This document shows positions 9,656 to 20,089 of a DNA stretch of 64,000 nt, in pieces (the first letter of the stretch is position 1; every line of letters begins with the position of its first letter). Where the stretch lies: positions 124,001 to 188,000 of the forward strand of contig NIVC01001298.1 in the NCBI GenBank assembly GCA_002269645.1, read 5' to 3'. The notes under the pieces were generated by a model, which was given only the letters and a program-made list of their open reading frames with translations, made no database searches and was not told the origin of the DNA. The stretch comes from Macrostomum lignano (lineage: Eukaryota). The translations under genes and the position numbers were made by a program.

Positions 9656-12550
9656 CTATAGGGATTCTAGGGGTAGTTTGTTAGTTTCAGCGGCGACTTG
9701 TCTTTTCTCTACTACTTTTTCCAACTTCTTCTTGACTATCTTATGAGCTTCCTCTAATCTTTCGGCATGCTTAGTAATGTAGGCGGGATAGTCAGCGTGT
9801 TCTGCTGTACTTCTGATCTGGGTGTCTAAAGGTAAGGTGGCTTCTCTGCCAAATAACAGGAAGTGAGGGGAAAAACCTATGGTTGAATTGGGGCTGGTGC
9901 GGACTGGTACTAAGGCTGCGGGAATTAATAAATCCCAATCACCATGATCCTTATTGATCAGACAGGTGATGATTGACTTGACTTGCTTATTGAAACGTTC
10001 AATTAGTCCATTAGATTGGGCATGGTAGGGGGTAGTGAAGGTGTGGCAAATATTATAAAGTTCGCAAAAAGCTTTAAATTGTTTACTAACGAAAGTTTTT
10101 CCATTGTCTGTGTGGATCCAGGTGGGCTGTCCATATTCTGCTACTATCCGTTCAAGTAGTATCTTAATAACTGTGTCTGATTTTTGGTTTCTAATGGGAA
10201 AAGCGAAGGGGTATCTAGTTGTACTGTCAACAACTGTCAGGACATATTTATGACCTCGTTTGCTTTCTTTAGAAATTGGACCGATAATATCTATGTGCAG
10301 GCGGCTAAATGCTTCGCCAATGGGGAATGACTGGACTGGGGCCTGGACAAAGTGTCCTTTCTTGCTCTCAAGGCAGGGGATGCACTCAGCAATTAATTGC
10401 TCAACTGAGGTGCTCAGTCCAGGTTGCCAAAATCTTTCTCGGATCCTCTGGAGCGTCTTATCTCTTCCTAGATGTCCTGCGAGGGGGCTGCAGTGAAGGT
10501 CAGTAAAGACTGCTTTATCTAAGGATGGGGGCAAAACAATTTTGGTTTTTTCGTCTTCAGTAATTGTTAATAATTCGTTATTGATTTTCATCAGCGCATA
10601 ATGCTTACTAATCTTTTCTGGCATGTCCGGTGATTTGGGAAATTGGCTCAATTTCTGGGCCTTAGCTTCTAATAAAGCTTTAATGATGGGGTCAGCAACT
10701 TGGGCTTCTATAATCTGTTCCTTCTTTAGGGGACTGGGGAGGTAGTCAGTTAATAGTTTCTCACACTTTCCTGTCTCTTCTTCTCTTTCATCTACTTCTC
10801 TACCTGAGACAATTAGCTTTGTCCTAGAGTTGGGACATTCAGGCTGGGTCTCGCTTTCTGTCAGGGCTTCAGGTGACTGGGACATGGGGTTGTCCTTAGT
10901 TTCAGCAGGAACACTCTCATCTCTCAGGGGAACAGGGGTCAATTTCTCAACTTTCTCAGGGATTGGCTCAGTTCTCTCAAAATTTTCTTCAGATGCTTCA
11001 GGAGGTTCAGGGATCGCTTCAGCAGGCTCATTGGCTGCGTCAGGGACTTCAGAAACTTCAGGTGCTGTTTCAGCAAGTTCAGGGGCTGCTTCAGGGGATA
11101 CTTCAGGGGCTTCAGCTATCTCAGCTGGTCTTCTCGACAATCCGTCAGCATTGGAATGTTTAGCGCCGCTACTGTGTTCAATGTCGAACCTGAATTCGTT
11201 CAGACGCTCTATCCATCTACCTAGGATTCCGGTTGCTTCAGTTTGTCTCATGAGCCAAATTATCGCTTTATGATCAGTTTGGGCTAAGAATTTCTTGCCG
11301 ATCAGATAAAATCTGAAATGCCTCATAGCGTCGACAAGAGCTAACAATTCTTTCCGAGTAATGGGGTATCGTTTCTCTGATTCCTTCATCGCTCTACTAA
11401 AATAGGCTATTGGTTGCTCTATGCCATCACTCTGGATTTGGCCAAGGCATGCGCCAATCCTGTCATCACTGGTATCTGTGTCGAGCACCATCTTCACATT
11501 CTCATCTTTGACATATTCGGGGTAGGCTAATACTTCAGTGGACATCATTCGCTGCTTCAGGGACTCAAAGGCTTCGTCATGCACTTTGCTCCACTTAGAT
11601 TGGAAATTCTGGACTCCTTTTCGAGTTAATTGGAATAGGGGGTGAGCCACTTCAGCATAATTCTTCACAAATCGGCAATAATAATTGCATAGGCCAAGAA
11701 AACTGCGTAATTCTTTTACATCTTTGGGACGGGGCCAAGTTTGGATTGCTTCAATCTTCATCTTGTCTGTTTGAATGCCTTGTCGGCCAATCACATGTCC
11801 AAGATATTTCAACTTGTGATGGAAAAGATTGCACTTTTTGGGTCTCAACTTCAGACCTGCAGCAATTAGTCGCTTAAACACTTCTCTTAGGTGTTCTAAA
11901 TGTTTGGCAAAAGTTTGGGAGTAGGCGATTATGTCATCGATATAGGACATGGCGAACTTATGTTGGATTCCTAATAGGACTAAATTCATTAGGCGTTGGA
12001 AGGTTCTGGGGGCATTGGAAAGTCCTTGGGCCATTACTTGGTATTCAAATTGGCCTCTAGTTAGGGTGGAGAAGGTGGTTCGATGTTTGTCTTCTTCTTT
12101 GATGGGGACTTGCCAGTATCCTGAGTTTAAATCAAGGCTGCTAAAGTATTGGCTACCAGTTAGGTGGGAGAAGGTCTCTTGGATATTGGGGAGGGGGTAG
12201 GGGTAATAATTAACTCTTGAGTTGAGCACGCGGAAATCGCTCACGATTCTAATAGAACCGTCTTTCTTGGGGACAATTACTAGGGGGGTGGAGTAGGTTG
12301 AGTAGCAGGGTCTAATTAGGTTTTTGGCTAACATATCGTCTAATTGGGCGTCAACTTGCTTTTGCAAGTATGGGGGGATGCGTCTAGCTGGGATTCTAAC
12401 TGGGGTAGGGTCTTTGATAGAGATTTGGTGGGTTACTAAGTGTGTCAGGCCCATGTCTAATTCATTCTGGGAAAAGGCTTCACGGTTTTCTTTCATTAAG
12501 TCGATGACTGCTTTTCGCTGTTCATCCGACAGTTCAGGGCCAAGGCTCAC
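9656..12550 (-). CDS. pol: Gypsy pol: reverse transcriptase, RNase H, integrase (964 aa open segment)
   Basis: RT motifs LDLNSGYWQV, MAQGLSNAPRTFQ, YIDDII, YLGH; RNase H DTS...ELLA...TDH...NADGLSR; IN HHCC (LHCSPLAGH...CIPC) and D-D-E (IDIIGP, TDNG, IERFN). Confidence 0.97.
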   Translation of the reverse strand: MSLGPELSDEQRKAVIDLMKENREAFSQNELDMGLTHLVTHQISIKDPTPVRIPARRIPPYLQKQVDAQLDDMLAKNLIRPCYSTYSTPLVIVPKKDGSIRIVSDFRVLNSRVNYYPYPLPNIQETFSHLTGSQYFSSLDLNSGYWQVPIKEEDKHRTTFSTLTRGQFEYQVMAQGLSNAPRTFQRLMNLVLLGIQHKFAMSYIDDIIAYSQTFAKHLEHLREVFKRLIAAGLKLRPKKCNLFHHKLKYLGHVIGRQGIQTDKMKIEAIQTWPRPKDVKELRSFLGLCNYYCRFVKNYAEVAHPLFQLTRKGVQNFQSKWSKVHDEAFESLKQRMMSTEVLAYPEYVKDENVKMVLDTDTSDDRIGACLGQIQSDGIEQPIAYFSRAMKESEKRYPITRKELLALVDAMRHFRFYLIGKKFLAQTDHKAIIWLMRQTEATGILGRWIERLNEFRFDIEHSSGAKHSNADGLSRRPAEIAEAPEVSPEAAPELAETAPEVSEVPDAANEPAEAIPEPPEASEENFERTEPIPEKVEKLTPVPLRDESVPAETKDNPMSQSPEALTESETQPECPNSRTKLIVSGREVDEREEETGKCEKLLTDYLPSPLKKEQIIEAQVADPIIKALLEAKAQKLSQFPKSPDMPEKISKHYALMKINNELLTITEDEKTKIVLPPSLDKAVFTDLHCSPLAGHLGRDKTLQRIRERFWQPGLSTSVEQLIAECIPCLESKKGHFVQAPVQSFPIGEAFSRLHIDIIGPISKESKRGHKYVLTVVDSTTRYPFAFPIRNQKSDTVIKILLERIVAEYGQPTWIHTDNGKTFVSKQFKAFCELYNICHTFTTPYHAQSNGLIERFNKQVKSIITCLINKDHGDWDLLIPAALVPVRTSPNSTIGFSPHFLLFGREATLPLDTQIRSTAEHADYPAYITKHAERLEEAHKIVKKKLEKVVEKRQVAAETNKLPLESL

Positions 12551-12569
12551 TTCATCAATCCAGGAATCT

Positions 12570-13622
12570 TCAGTACATTGAGTCTGGTTGACTTTTGCAG
12601 GGGTTGGGGTTGGGAGTTGGGGTTTGCCAATAGGTCAGGTCTTTAGCTTTCATGGGTCTGGCTAGGCCAATTAGGGAGGTTTTTGTTAAATTCACGTCTA
12701 CTGGGTGACGGTTAATAATTTCAACAATTCCTTTGCCTTCTTTCATGGTTACTAAGGTCGGAACCATTTCTAATGAGAAATCACAGGTTTGGATAGTATC
12801 GTCAATGGCTTCAATGGTCGTGGGAGTGCCATAATTCGATTCACAATTCTTGGCTAGCTTCACGGGTATTCGGAAGGCACTATTAGCTGGGATGATTACT
12901 CTTTCTTGAGTATAAACTCAACAAACTTTCACAGGTAGGCGGGTATACTGCATGGGTATACAGGTACCTTCATTGAGCACTAGCATTCCTTTGGCTAGCT
13001 GAATGCTTTCACATTGGGATAGGAAAAATTCCATACCTAGAATATTGTCACAATCATGTCGGCATAGGAGGAAATCAACTTCGATTTGGATATCGCCAAA
13101 TTTCACTTGGGCGGATACTTCTCCTAATTGAACTGGGGTACCGTCAAATGTACTAATGCTTTTGCTAGTGTCTCGGATTTGATCAGAAAGGATTAGCTTA
13201 GACCAGGTTGAGCGGCTCAGGAAATTATTTCTGGCGCCTGTGTCTAGCAAGAAATCAATCGATTCTTTCTGGATATCGCTGACTATTACAGCTTCATAGC
13301 CTTCTAGCTTGGTTAGGTCGATTTGGGATGGGGAATTGGGTTTTAGCTTTTGTCGCTTCTTTGAGCGGGTTTCAGCACTGAATAAAGCATTATTGGTTTT
13401 AATCGCATGGGATACATGGGGTGCAAGTGCAGTGGGTACACAGGGTGCGGACACATGATGTACAAAAGCTTTGGTCGAATTGGTTACATGAGAGGCGGTC
13501 GCATGGGGGGAATTGTACACATGAGGGTCATGGGGGGCATTTGGCATAACATCGTCGGCATCATCAAAGGCAAGAAGTGAAAAATTATTGGGGGAGACAG
13601 ATATCACATTATTTACAGGCAT
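12570..13622 (-). pseudogene. Gypsy aspartic protease and post-protease linker (broken)
   Basis: FLLDTGARNNF active-site motif and DNILGMEFF; a stop and frame change separate 12918-13622 from 12570-12863. Confidence 0.85.
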
Positions 13623-13699
13623 TGGCTGTACATGGGAGGTTTTGCGAGGATAGCGGAAACCATACTGGGGAGGTTGCCAGTATTTTGGTTGGGGGGCAT

Positions 13700-14791
13700 T
13701 TTTGAATGATGAAGAGGCCGGAGAGTAAGCAGAATTTTGGCCTGAGGGGCGTGGCCTCTTAACTCGACCCTGGCTTCTCAGTTTCCCGACTTCTGGGAGT
13801 CACAGGGGTTGCGGAACTTCAGCGGCTCATATCTTGGGTTAGGGGGCTGATGCTCATTCCTTCTTGGGGGTTCACGTCTTGGCGGCTGGTTCATCAGCTG
13901 AGGCCTGTACTGCTGCTGAGGTTGCGGTCTGTACTGCTGCTAGGGTGGCTGTCTGTACTGCTGCTGGGGAGGCTGTCTGTACAGCTGAAGGTTTGGCTGT
14001 CTGTGCTGCTGAGGAGGTGGCTGCCTATACTGTTGCTGGGGGAACACCTGAGATGGCGGGGCGCATTGCGCTGTTTTGGCCAGTTGTTTCTGCAGGTTCT
14101 GAATAAGCCTTTCTTGGCAGTCAATCTTAGTCTGCTGGTCAATGATCAATTGATCAGTTCTGACCTTATTCTCCTCTTTCTTATCTTTAGTCACTCGGAT
14201 TCCACCTTTGTGGGACATCTGGTAAGCAGCTTCAATTCTGCGCAGCATTCTACGGGCGGCTTGGAGACTAGCAGGTTGGGCAAAAATGAGCTTTTCATGG
14301 GTGTCGGGAGGGGTTCTCACACCTTTGATGAACTGTTCAACCAGTTCTTCCTCTCTTTGCTCAGCATCCATGTTCAGGAATGCGCGGGAGGCTAATTCAA
14401 TCAGGGCATTGGCAAAACTGTCAGTGGATTCATTTCTGCCTTGGCAGTGATTCCTAAACTCTTCACGGAATTCGGCGGAGCTACCCACTTTTCCAAATCT
14501 TTCGATTAGTCTTTCTTTGAACTCTTCATAGGGGAGATTAGCTGGGAAGTTGAGGCGTTAAACTGCTGCAAACGCAGTACTCAGGTCTAAATTGGTAAGC
14601 AGTTCTTGCTTCCGGTTTTCTTCTTCTATGCCTTCATTTTCACATCTCTGGTCAAATGCGGTAAGCCAGATTCTAATATCTTGGCTGGGAAGGTACTTCT
14701 GGATCTTCACATGTCTGAGGGGACCTAATTCTAAGCGGTTGCGGAGCTCTTCAGCTAAGAGTCCTAGGGCTTTGTTAATTCCTGCAGCCAT
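13700..14791 (-). pseudogene. gag: Gypsy gag (interrupted)
   Basis: MAAGINKALG...IRIWLTAF...; EEFRNHCQGRNESTDSFANALIELASRAF...EQFIKG is Gypsy capsid-like; Q/P-rich repeats PPQQQYRQ; stops and frameshifts. Confidence 0.85.
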
Positions 14792-14863
14792 TATACTTCA
14801 GGGATAGGGGATGGAGAATTATACTGGGGTTTGAGTGCGCGTTTCACCAGATTCAAATCCTTT

Positions 14864-14876
14864 ACCGCTGCCACCA
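14864..14876 (-). promoter_or_regulatory. Primer-binding site complementary to tRNA-Leu 3' end
   Basis: Minus strand TGGTGGCAGCGGT, 5 nt after the 5' LTR; matches ...ACCGCTGCCACCA of metazoan tRNA-Leu. Confidence 0.85.
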
Positions 14877-14881
14877 AATTC

Positions 14882-15875
14882 TGTTACAGGGGTCTTGGGG
14901 GAGGGAAGTTATCCTATTGCTGACACCAATTCTGTTGTAGGGTGAGGTCGAGGGTTATTGGGAATTTTCAGGGTTTTCTTAGAATTCAGGGCGAACTGCG
15001 CAATTTATACTACTAACAGGAGTAAGCTGTAGGTTGCTCCTGGTGGCGTGGTGTGTCCGAGCGGCAAGACACAGTTTCTATTCTCAGTCTGGGAAATATA
15101 GATGGGAGAGGGGAATTAAGGGCTTCGCGATGGATCGGAGTTGCCTGGGAAAGTGTACTAATGGGGAATTTCTAAATACTAATAGGGAATGCTGACAGCA
15201 TTAGATAAGAAGGCAATCTGCCTAATGAATGTGGGAAATTTCGACTAGGAAGGGTTGGGATTAGGAGCAGGGATGCCGGGGGGGGGGGCAGACTGTATGT
15301 CTAAGGGAATAAGGCTGTACACCTGAGCAAACAGACTGTCTACTAAAAGGGGGGAGGGGCAGAAGCGGCGGGCGCCAGTTCTGCTGGGAGAAGGGAAAGA
15401 GACAAAACTCGGGGGGGGCAGGACTGAACGTCCCTGGGAAAGGGGGAAGAAGTTTTAAACACTTCTAACTGTACAAGCTTCGCAGGGGGAAAGGTGGAAT
15501 GCCTTTAAATGACTAAGACAGCTATTTTTAGAACAGTGTTCAGTTACAACCGCTGAATAACTAGGCTAGCGGAGGTCTCAGCGAACAAAGCAGTTCAGCA
15601 GGGAGGAAGCGAGCTTTTCTTTTCTCAATTTATTTTCTTGCTTATATAGGATTTGCTAACAAATGGCGGACGCATGTAAACTAATAAAACACTAGATTAT
15701 ATGGTAGGCTACTAATCAAAACTAATAATTGCTACTAATGACATAAAAAATATTTATTTATGTAGGCACAATAATTTCTTGTAGTTTTTAGAAAAATAGT
15801 CGTATTATACGTGAAATCAGTAGGCAAAATAGACAAAAATAGGCAAAGTAGGCAAAATAATAGGCAACTGTTACA
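14882..15875 (-). repeat. Gypsy 5' LTR
   Basis: Direct repeat of 6378-7376; adjoins PBS; followed by TSD AAAG. Confidence 0.95.
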
Positions 15876-15894
15876 AAAGTAAAATAAATGGATA

Positions 15895-17187
15895 TGAGGG
15901 GCACTATTAAAGTTCTGAGCCTTAATATGAAAGAGAGGAGATATGGGCAAAGTGAGATCAGCTTTTCTCAACATAGTCTCCCCCAACCAAGATGCACTTA
16001 TGGCATCTTGATCGCAGCGCCTCAATGCCACTCTGGAAGAATTGCACCGAGCAGCCCTCAAACCAAGCAGTTGCAGCATCCTTCAGCGCATCATCAGTGT
16101 CAAATCGCTGTCCACGGAGTGCCTGCTTGAGATGTGGAAACAGGTGGAAGTCGCTCGGGGCCAGGTCTGGTGAATAGGCTGGGTGCGGCAGCTCTCGAAA
16201 CCCTGCGACACTGACAGCAGCCTTGGCAATCCTGCTAGTGTGGGCCGGTGCATTGTCGTGCAGCAGCACAACACCTCGGCTTAGCATCCCTCGCCTATTT
16301 TCCTTGATTGCCTCGCGCAGACGGGCGATCAGGTCAGCGTAGTAGGCGCCTGTGACTGTCTGCTTGTGCGGTAGAAAGTCCAGCAGCAGCGGGCCCTTGG
16401 CATCCCAGAAGACGGTGAGCATAATCTTGCCCGCACTGCATGCAGTCCGTGCCTTCAGTGGTGCAGGTGAACCAACTGGCAGCCACTGCTTGGACTCCTG
16501 CTTGGACTCGGGATCGTGGTAATGGATCCACGTCTCATCCCCGGTCACGCAGCAGGACAGAAAGTTGGCAGGGTCCGGATCGTAGGAGTCCAGGACAAGC
16601 TTTGAGTACTGCACCCGTGCGGTCTTTTGGTCCCTTGTCAAGATTCGTGGGATCCATCTGGCAGAAACCTTGGACAGATAAAGATGCTGGTGCAGGATCT
16701 CAATGACTTGCGGGTCAGAGAGTCCAGTGTCTGCCGCAAGTTCCCTGACTTTCACCCGCTGGTCACTGTCAACCAGAGCCTGGAGGCGCTGGATGTTGTC
16801 GGCAGTGACAGCAGTCCGGGGTCATCCACATCGGGGGTCATCTTCGAGCGAGTCGCGGCCACGCTTGAACTTGGCTGCCCAGCGCTTTATGGTGGCGTAT
16901 GAGGGGGCAGCGTCAGCGTACACACTAGCCATGCGGCTTTGAATTTCAGCAGGCTTTGAGCCCTCCAGAGTCAGAAATTTAATCACTGCCCTGTGCTCAA
17001 GCTTCAATTCTTGAGAAAATGCCATGGTGTGCTGGAAATAAAATGGTGCAGTGGGACTTAGGGAATGCAGAAAATTCTGAAAAGTTGACAATAGACTATT
17101 AACATGTGGCGCTTTTAGAGCCTAAAGTTTCAACACTTTGCCACTATAAGATCTTGGTCAGGCTCAGAACTTTAATAGTGCCCCTTG
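15895..17187 (-). mobile_element. mariner (DD34D) transposon, 1293 bp
   Basis: ~28-bp TIRs (.)AGGGGCACTATTAAAGTTCTGAGCCT, TA duplications at 15893-94 and 17188-89. Confidence 0.97.
15958..17025 (-). pseudogene. mariner transposase with a single in-frame TGA (16822-16824)
   Basis: MAFSQELKLEHRAVIKF...; TGDETWIHY, LHDNAPAH, YSPDLAPSDFHLF; 34 residues between 2nd and 3rd Asp; both ORF pieces share one frame. Confidence 0.95.
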
Positions 17188-19836
17188 TACATTTTTGTAT
17201 CTTTTATAGGCTTTTTTCAACTCAAAACTTTGTGCTTTATTTTAGCTCACATAGAAAATTGTTAAAAGAATTAGCTTTAACTTTGGTAAAATGCTATTTT
17301 GAATAGTTATAGGTCCAAAAGGTGACAATCAAAAAGGTGATTGTCAAAAGGGCAATAGTCTTTTTATTGCAGGTAATTTGCTTACTTATTTTTAATGTGT
17401 ATGGGGTTACAGTGAATTCAAACTAAGTGAATTTACTTTGCAAAAATAAATAGACATGGCTAAAGAATAATTGGACTTTGCATTTGATATTTCTTTTAGA
17501 AGAGTGCTAGTATTGGTTAGTATGTCATATAATATAAAGAGGGGTAAGATTTGTTTCTTATTGAACACATTTTGTTTGTTTTAGCATTTAGCTCAAACTG
17601 ACAGAGGTGTAATACAATTAGACTATGGATAGAGAACCCATTAATTTTTACATGTAAAAATGGGGTATGTGTGAAATATACTCATACTACTAATTGTTAT
17701 ATAGTTTTACTATGTGATTTTATAAAGCCAAGTATATATGGCGAAATCCAAAAACGTGGGACATATTTTTTCAGATTTCATTTTTTGCAAGTAAAAAACA
17801 AGTAAATGGCTAAGAATTATTGAAAATCTACCAAAGAATCAAGAAAGTATAATAAAAGCACAAATAAACTGTATATAAAGTGTTCTTGAAAGAAAAGATT
17901 TGTTAAAACTTTGAACTAAATAACGATTAAAATAGTGCTGATAAAACAGTTAATAAAGCTTTTTTACTATAGTAAATAACCTTAAATAAGTTATTTGTAT
18001 CCAGTTTTTATTAGCATGGTCACATTTTGCAAATAATTTAGTTGTATTTTGTTAATGTCATTGTTGCTCCTAACAACATTTATAATTTGCGATTAAAAGT
18101 GGTTACTTCTTGGAGTCATTTACTAAATTGAACGCGTCATTTATGTGTTAGGGAAAATTAAATTTACCTATTAATACTTAGTAAACCTCTCTTTTTAGAG
18201 TATCAACTGTAAAGCAAGTTAGAAGAGTGCCATTATAAGTTTAAAGTACAATTTTTACCTGCAATAACTATGAATTTAATTTGCAACATCTTTTTTTAAT
18301 TTAACAATAATTAAAAATTCTCGAGATTTAAATTCAATTATGCTTTTTCCTTTGCAGAGTGCTCCATGATACTGAATGCAATCAGTAATCCAAGTCTCAG
18401 ATTTTAAGTCTTCCAGAACGATTATTTCGGCATATTGATTAACTTTTGATATTAAATATACAATGTAAAAGATTTTTCAGATTTTTCAATGTCAAACATT
18501 TTTAATCAAAGAAAAGGTCTGGCATTAATCTATTTAAATTTAAGCACTTTAACTCATGCATCAAGTTCTGTTAATAAGAAACTACTACTAGTGTTAATTA
18601 TATATTTGAATTGTTATTACAAAACTTAAAAACAGTATTAACATTAAAAAAATACAGAACATGAAAAGTAACACTTAATAAAAATAACATTATATTAATT
18701 AATAATGTGATAATTCTTCTTACAAAATGCAGTAAAAAAGCAAAAAAAATTATTACAAAACTTATTGGTGTAGCATTTAAAAAACATTAAGGTGCCAATT
18801 TGCTGAGTTATTTAAACCTCTTCAAATTTTCCAAAGAAGTTAAATTTGACTTTCATATTTTGTGTTTCTTGATTTTCCTTCATTTATTTTTTATAACTGC
18901 AAATTGGCACTTGTCTCCCTTCTTTCTACATGCCACTAAGTCAGTGACTGCTTCGTCTTCATTTTTTTTCTTTCTTTGGGTGTTTGATTTACTTTCCCCT
19001 TTGGTGGCACTTCCAACATTGGGCACTTCTTTTTGGCAGCAATATAGTCCTGGACTGTGTACGTTTTGTCCATTATCTGAAATGTAAGCACAAGAATGAA
19101 CTGAATTAGTTGGAGGTTGGAACCAAAAAATGAATTGGCTTTAAGCAGAAAAAATGTAAATAAATGCACTATAGTGGCATGGCTTATCTAATGTAGGCCA
19201 GAATGACATTTAATAGACTTTTAAATTTCATAAACTTTTAATAGACATTCTCTACGAGAGGAGTTAAGTCTTGAGCTTCAGAAAAAGTATAAATCATGTA
19301 ATATTTGGCTTATGTAAGTACCATTAAATAAGTGGGTTACACCATGCAACAACAAATAACTAATAAGTATATGTTTTGTAAGTGTCAAAAGGAAATGAAT
19401 AAGACAGAAGACAAAGTCAGCTAAACATTTATTCCTGTCAGCTACACAATGCTGACCCTAAATAATTGACTAAGCTCAACTACTATTGCAGTAATAAGGG
19501 TCCCTAAGTCCCTAGTACTTATAGTCAAATTTTGGGTTGCATAGCCATTAGATGAGCTGATGCACACTTGTAGACGATGCAGCTTTGTACTTTGCCATAG
19601 TGTAGTCCGTGTAGTGCAGCTTGTAATTCACCAGTCGCCATAGTGTAGTCCTTCATCCTGGTGTTATCAGCTGAGTCCATCCTCGTCCTAGGTGTTTAAA
19701 ATATTTTATTAGCATTATTACTGCGTAGCATAATCAATGACTTCATAGACCTATATTTTAATACATGTAGAAGTGTACTAAAAAAGTAAAAAAGAACTAA
19801 AAGTATTAAAGTCAAAAGTCTATACGCAGGCATCCA

Positions 19837-20053
19837 TCAGTCATCCCTCCTACAATCCTCGCAAAAGTACATGTCAGGTAGGTCGTTGTAGTCAAAACCA
19901 ATACAGTAAAGGTGGAACCAGTCATCACATCCATCACAGGCAGTCATTTCTATCTCTTGGCGCTCCGGTGGCAGGCTTGGGATGATGCAGTCTGGCGCCT
20001 TGCACTTGTTCCAGTCGCCGCCATGTCGTCCTTCATCCTGTTGTCGGCGGCCG

Positions 20054-20089
<36 letters not shown>

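Larger units (their letters stand above)
6378..15875 (-). mobile_element. Ty3/Gypsy LTR retrotransposon, full-length structure, disabled ORFs
   Basis: Two ~995-bp LTRs (TGTTACA...TGTTACA), 4-bp TSD AAAG, tRNA-Leu PBS, order gag-PR-RT-RH-IN. Confidence 0.97.

Noticed and set aside
8030-14807. Plus-strand ORFs opposite Gypsy gag/pol (e.g. 9193-9630, 10830-11273, 13850-14395)
   Set aside because: Antisense shadows of coding sequence with biased composition; no independent motifs
17364-18267. 13-bp inverted repeat TTATTGCAGGTAA / TTACCTGCAATAA as MITE ends
   Set aside because: It straddles the well-defined Sola-like terminus at 17740 and has no TSD; likely chance in AT-rich DNA
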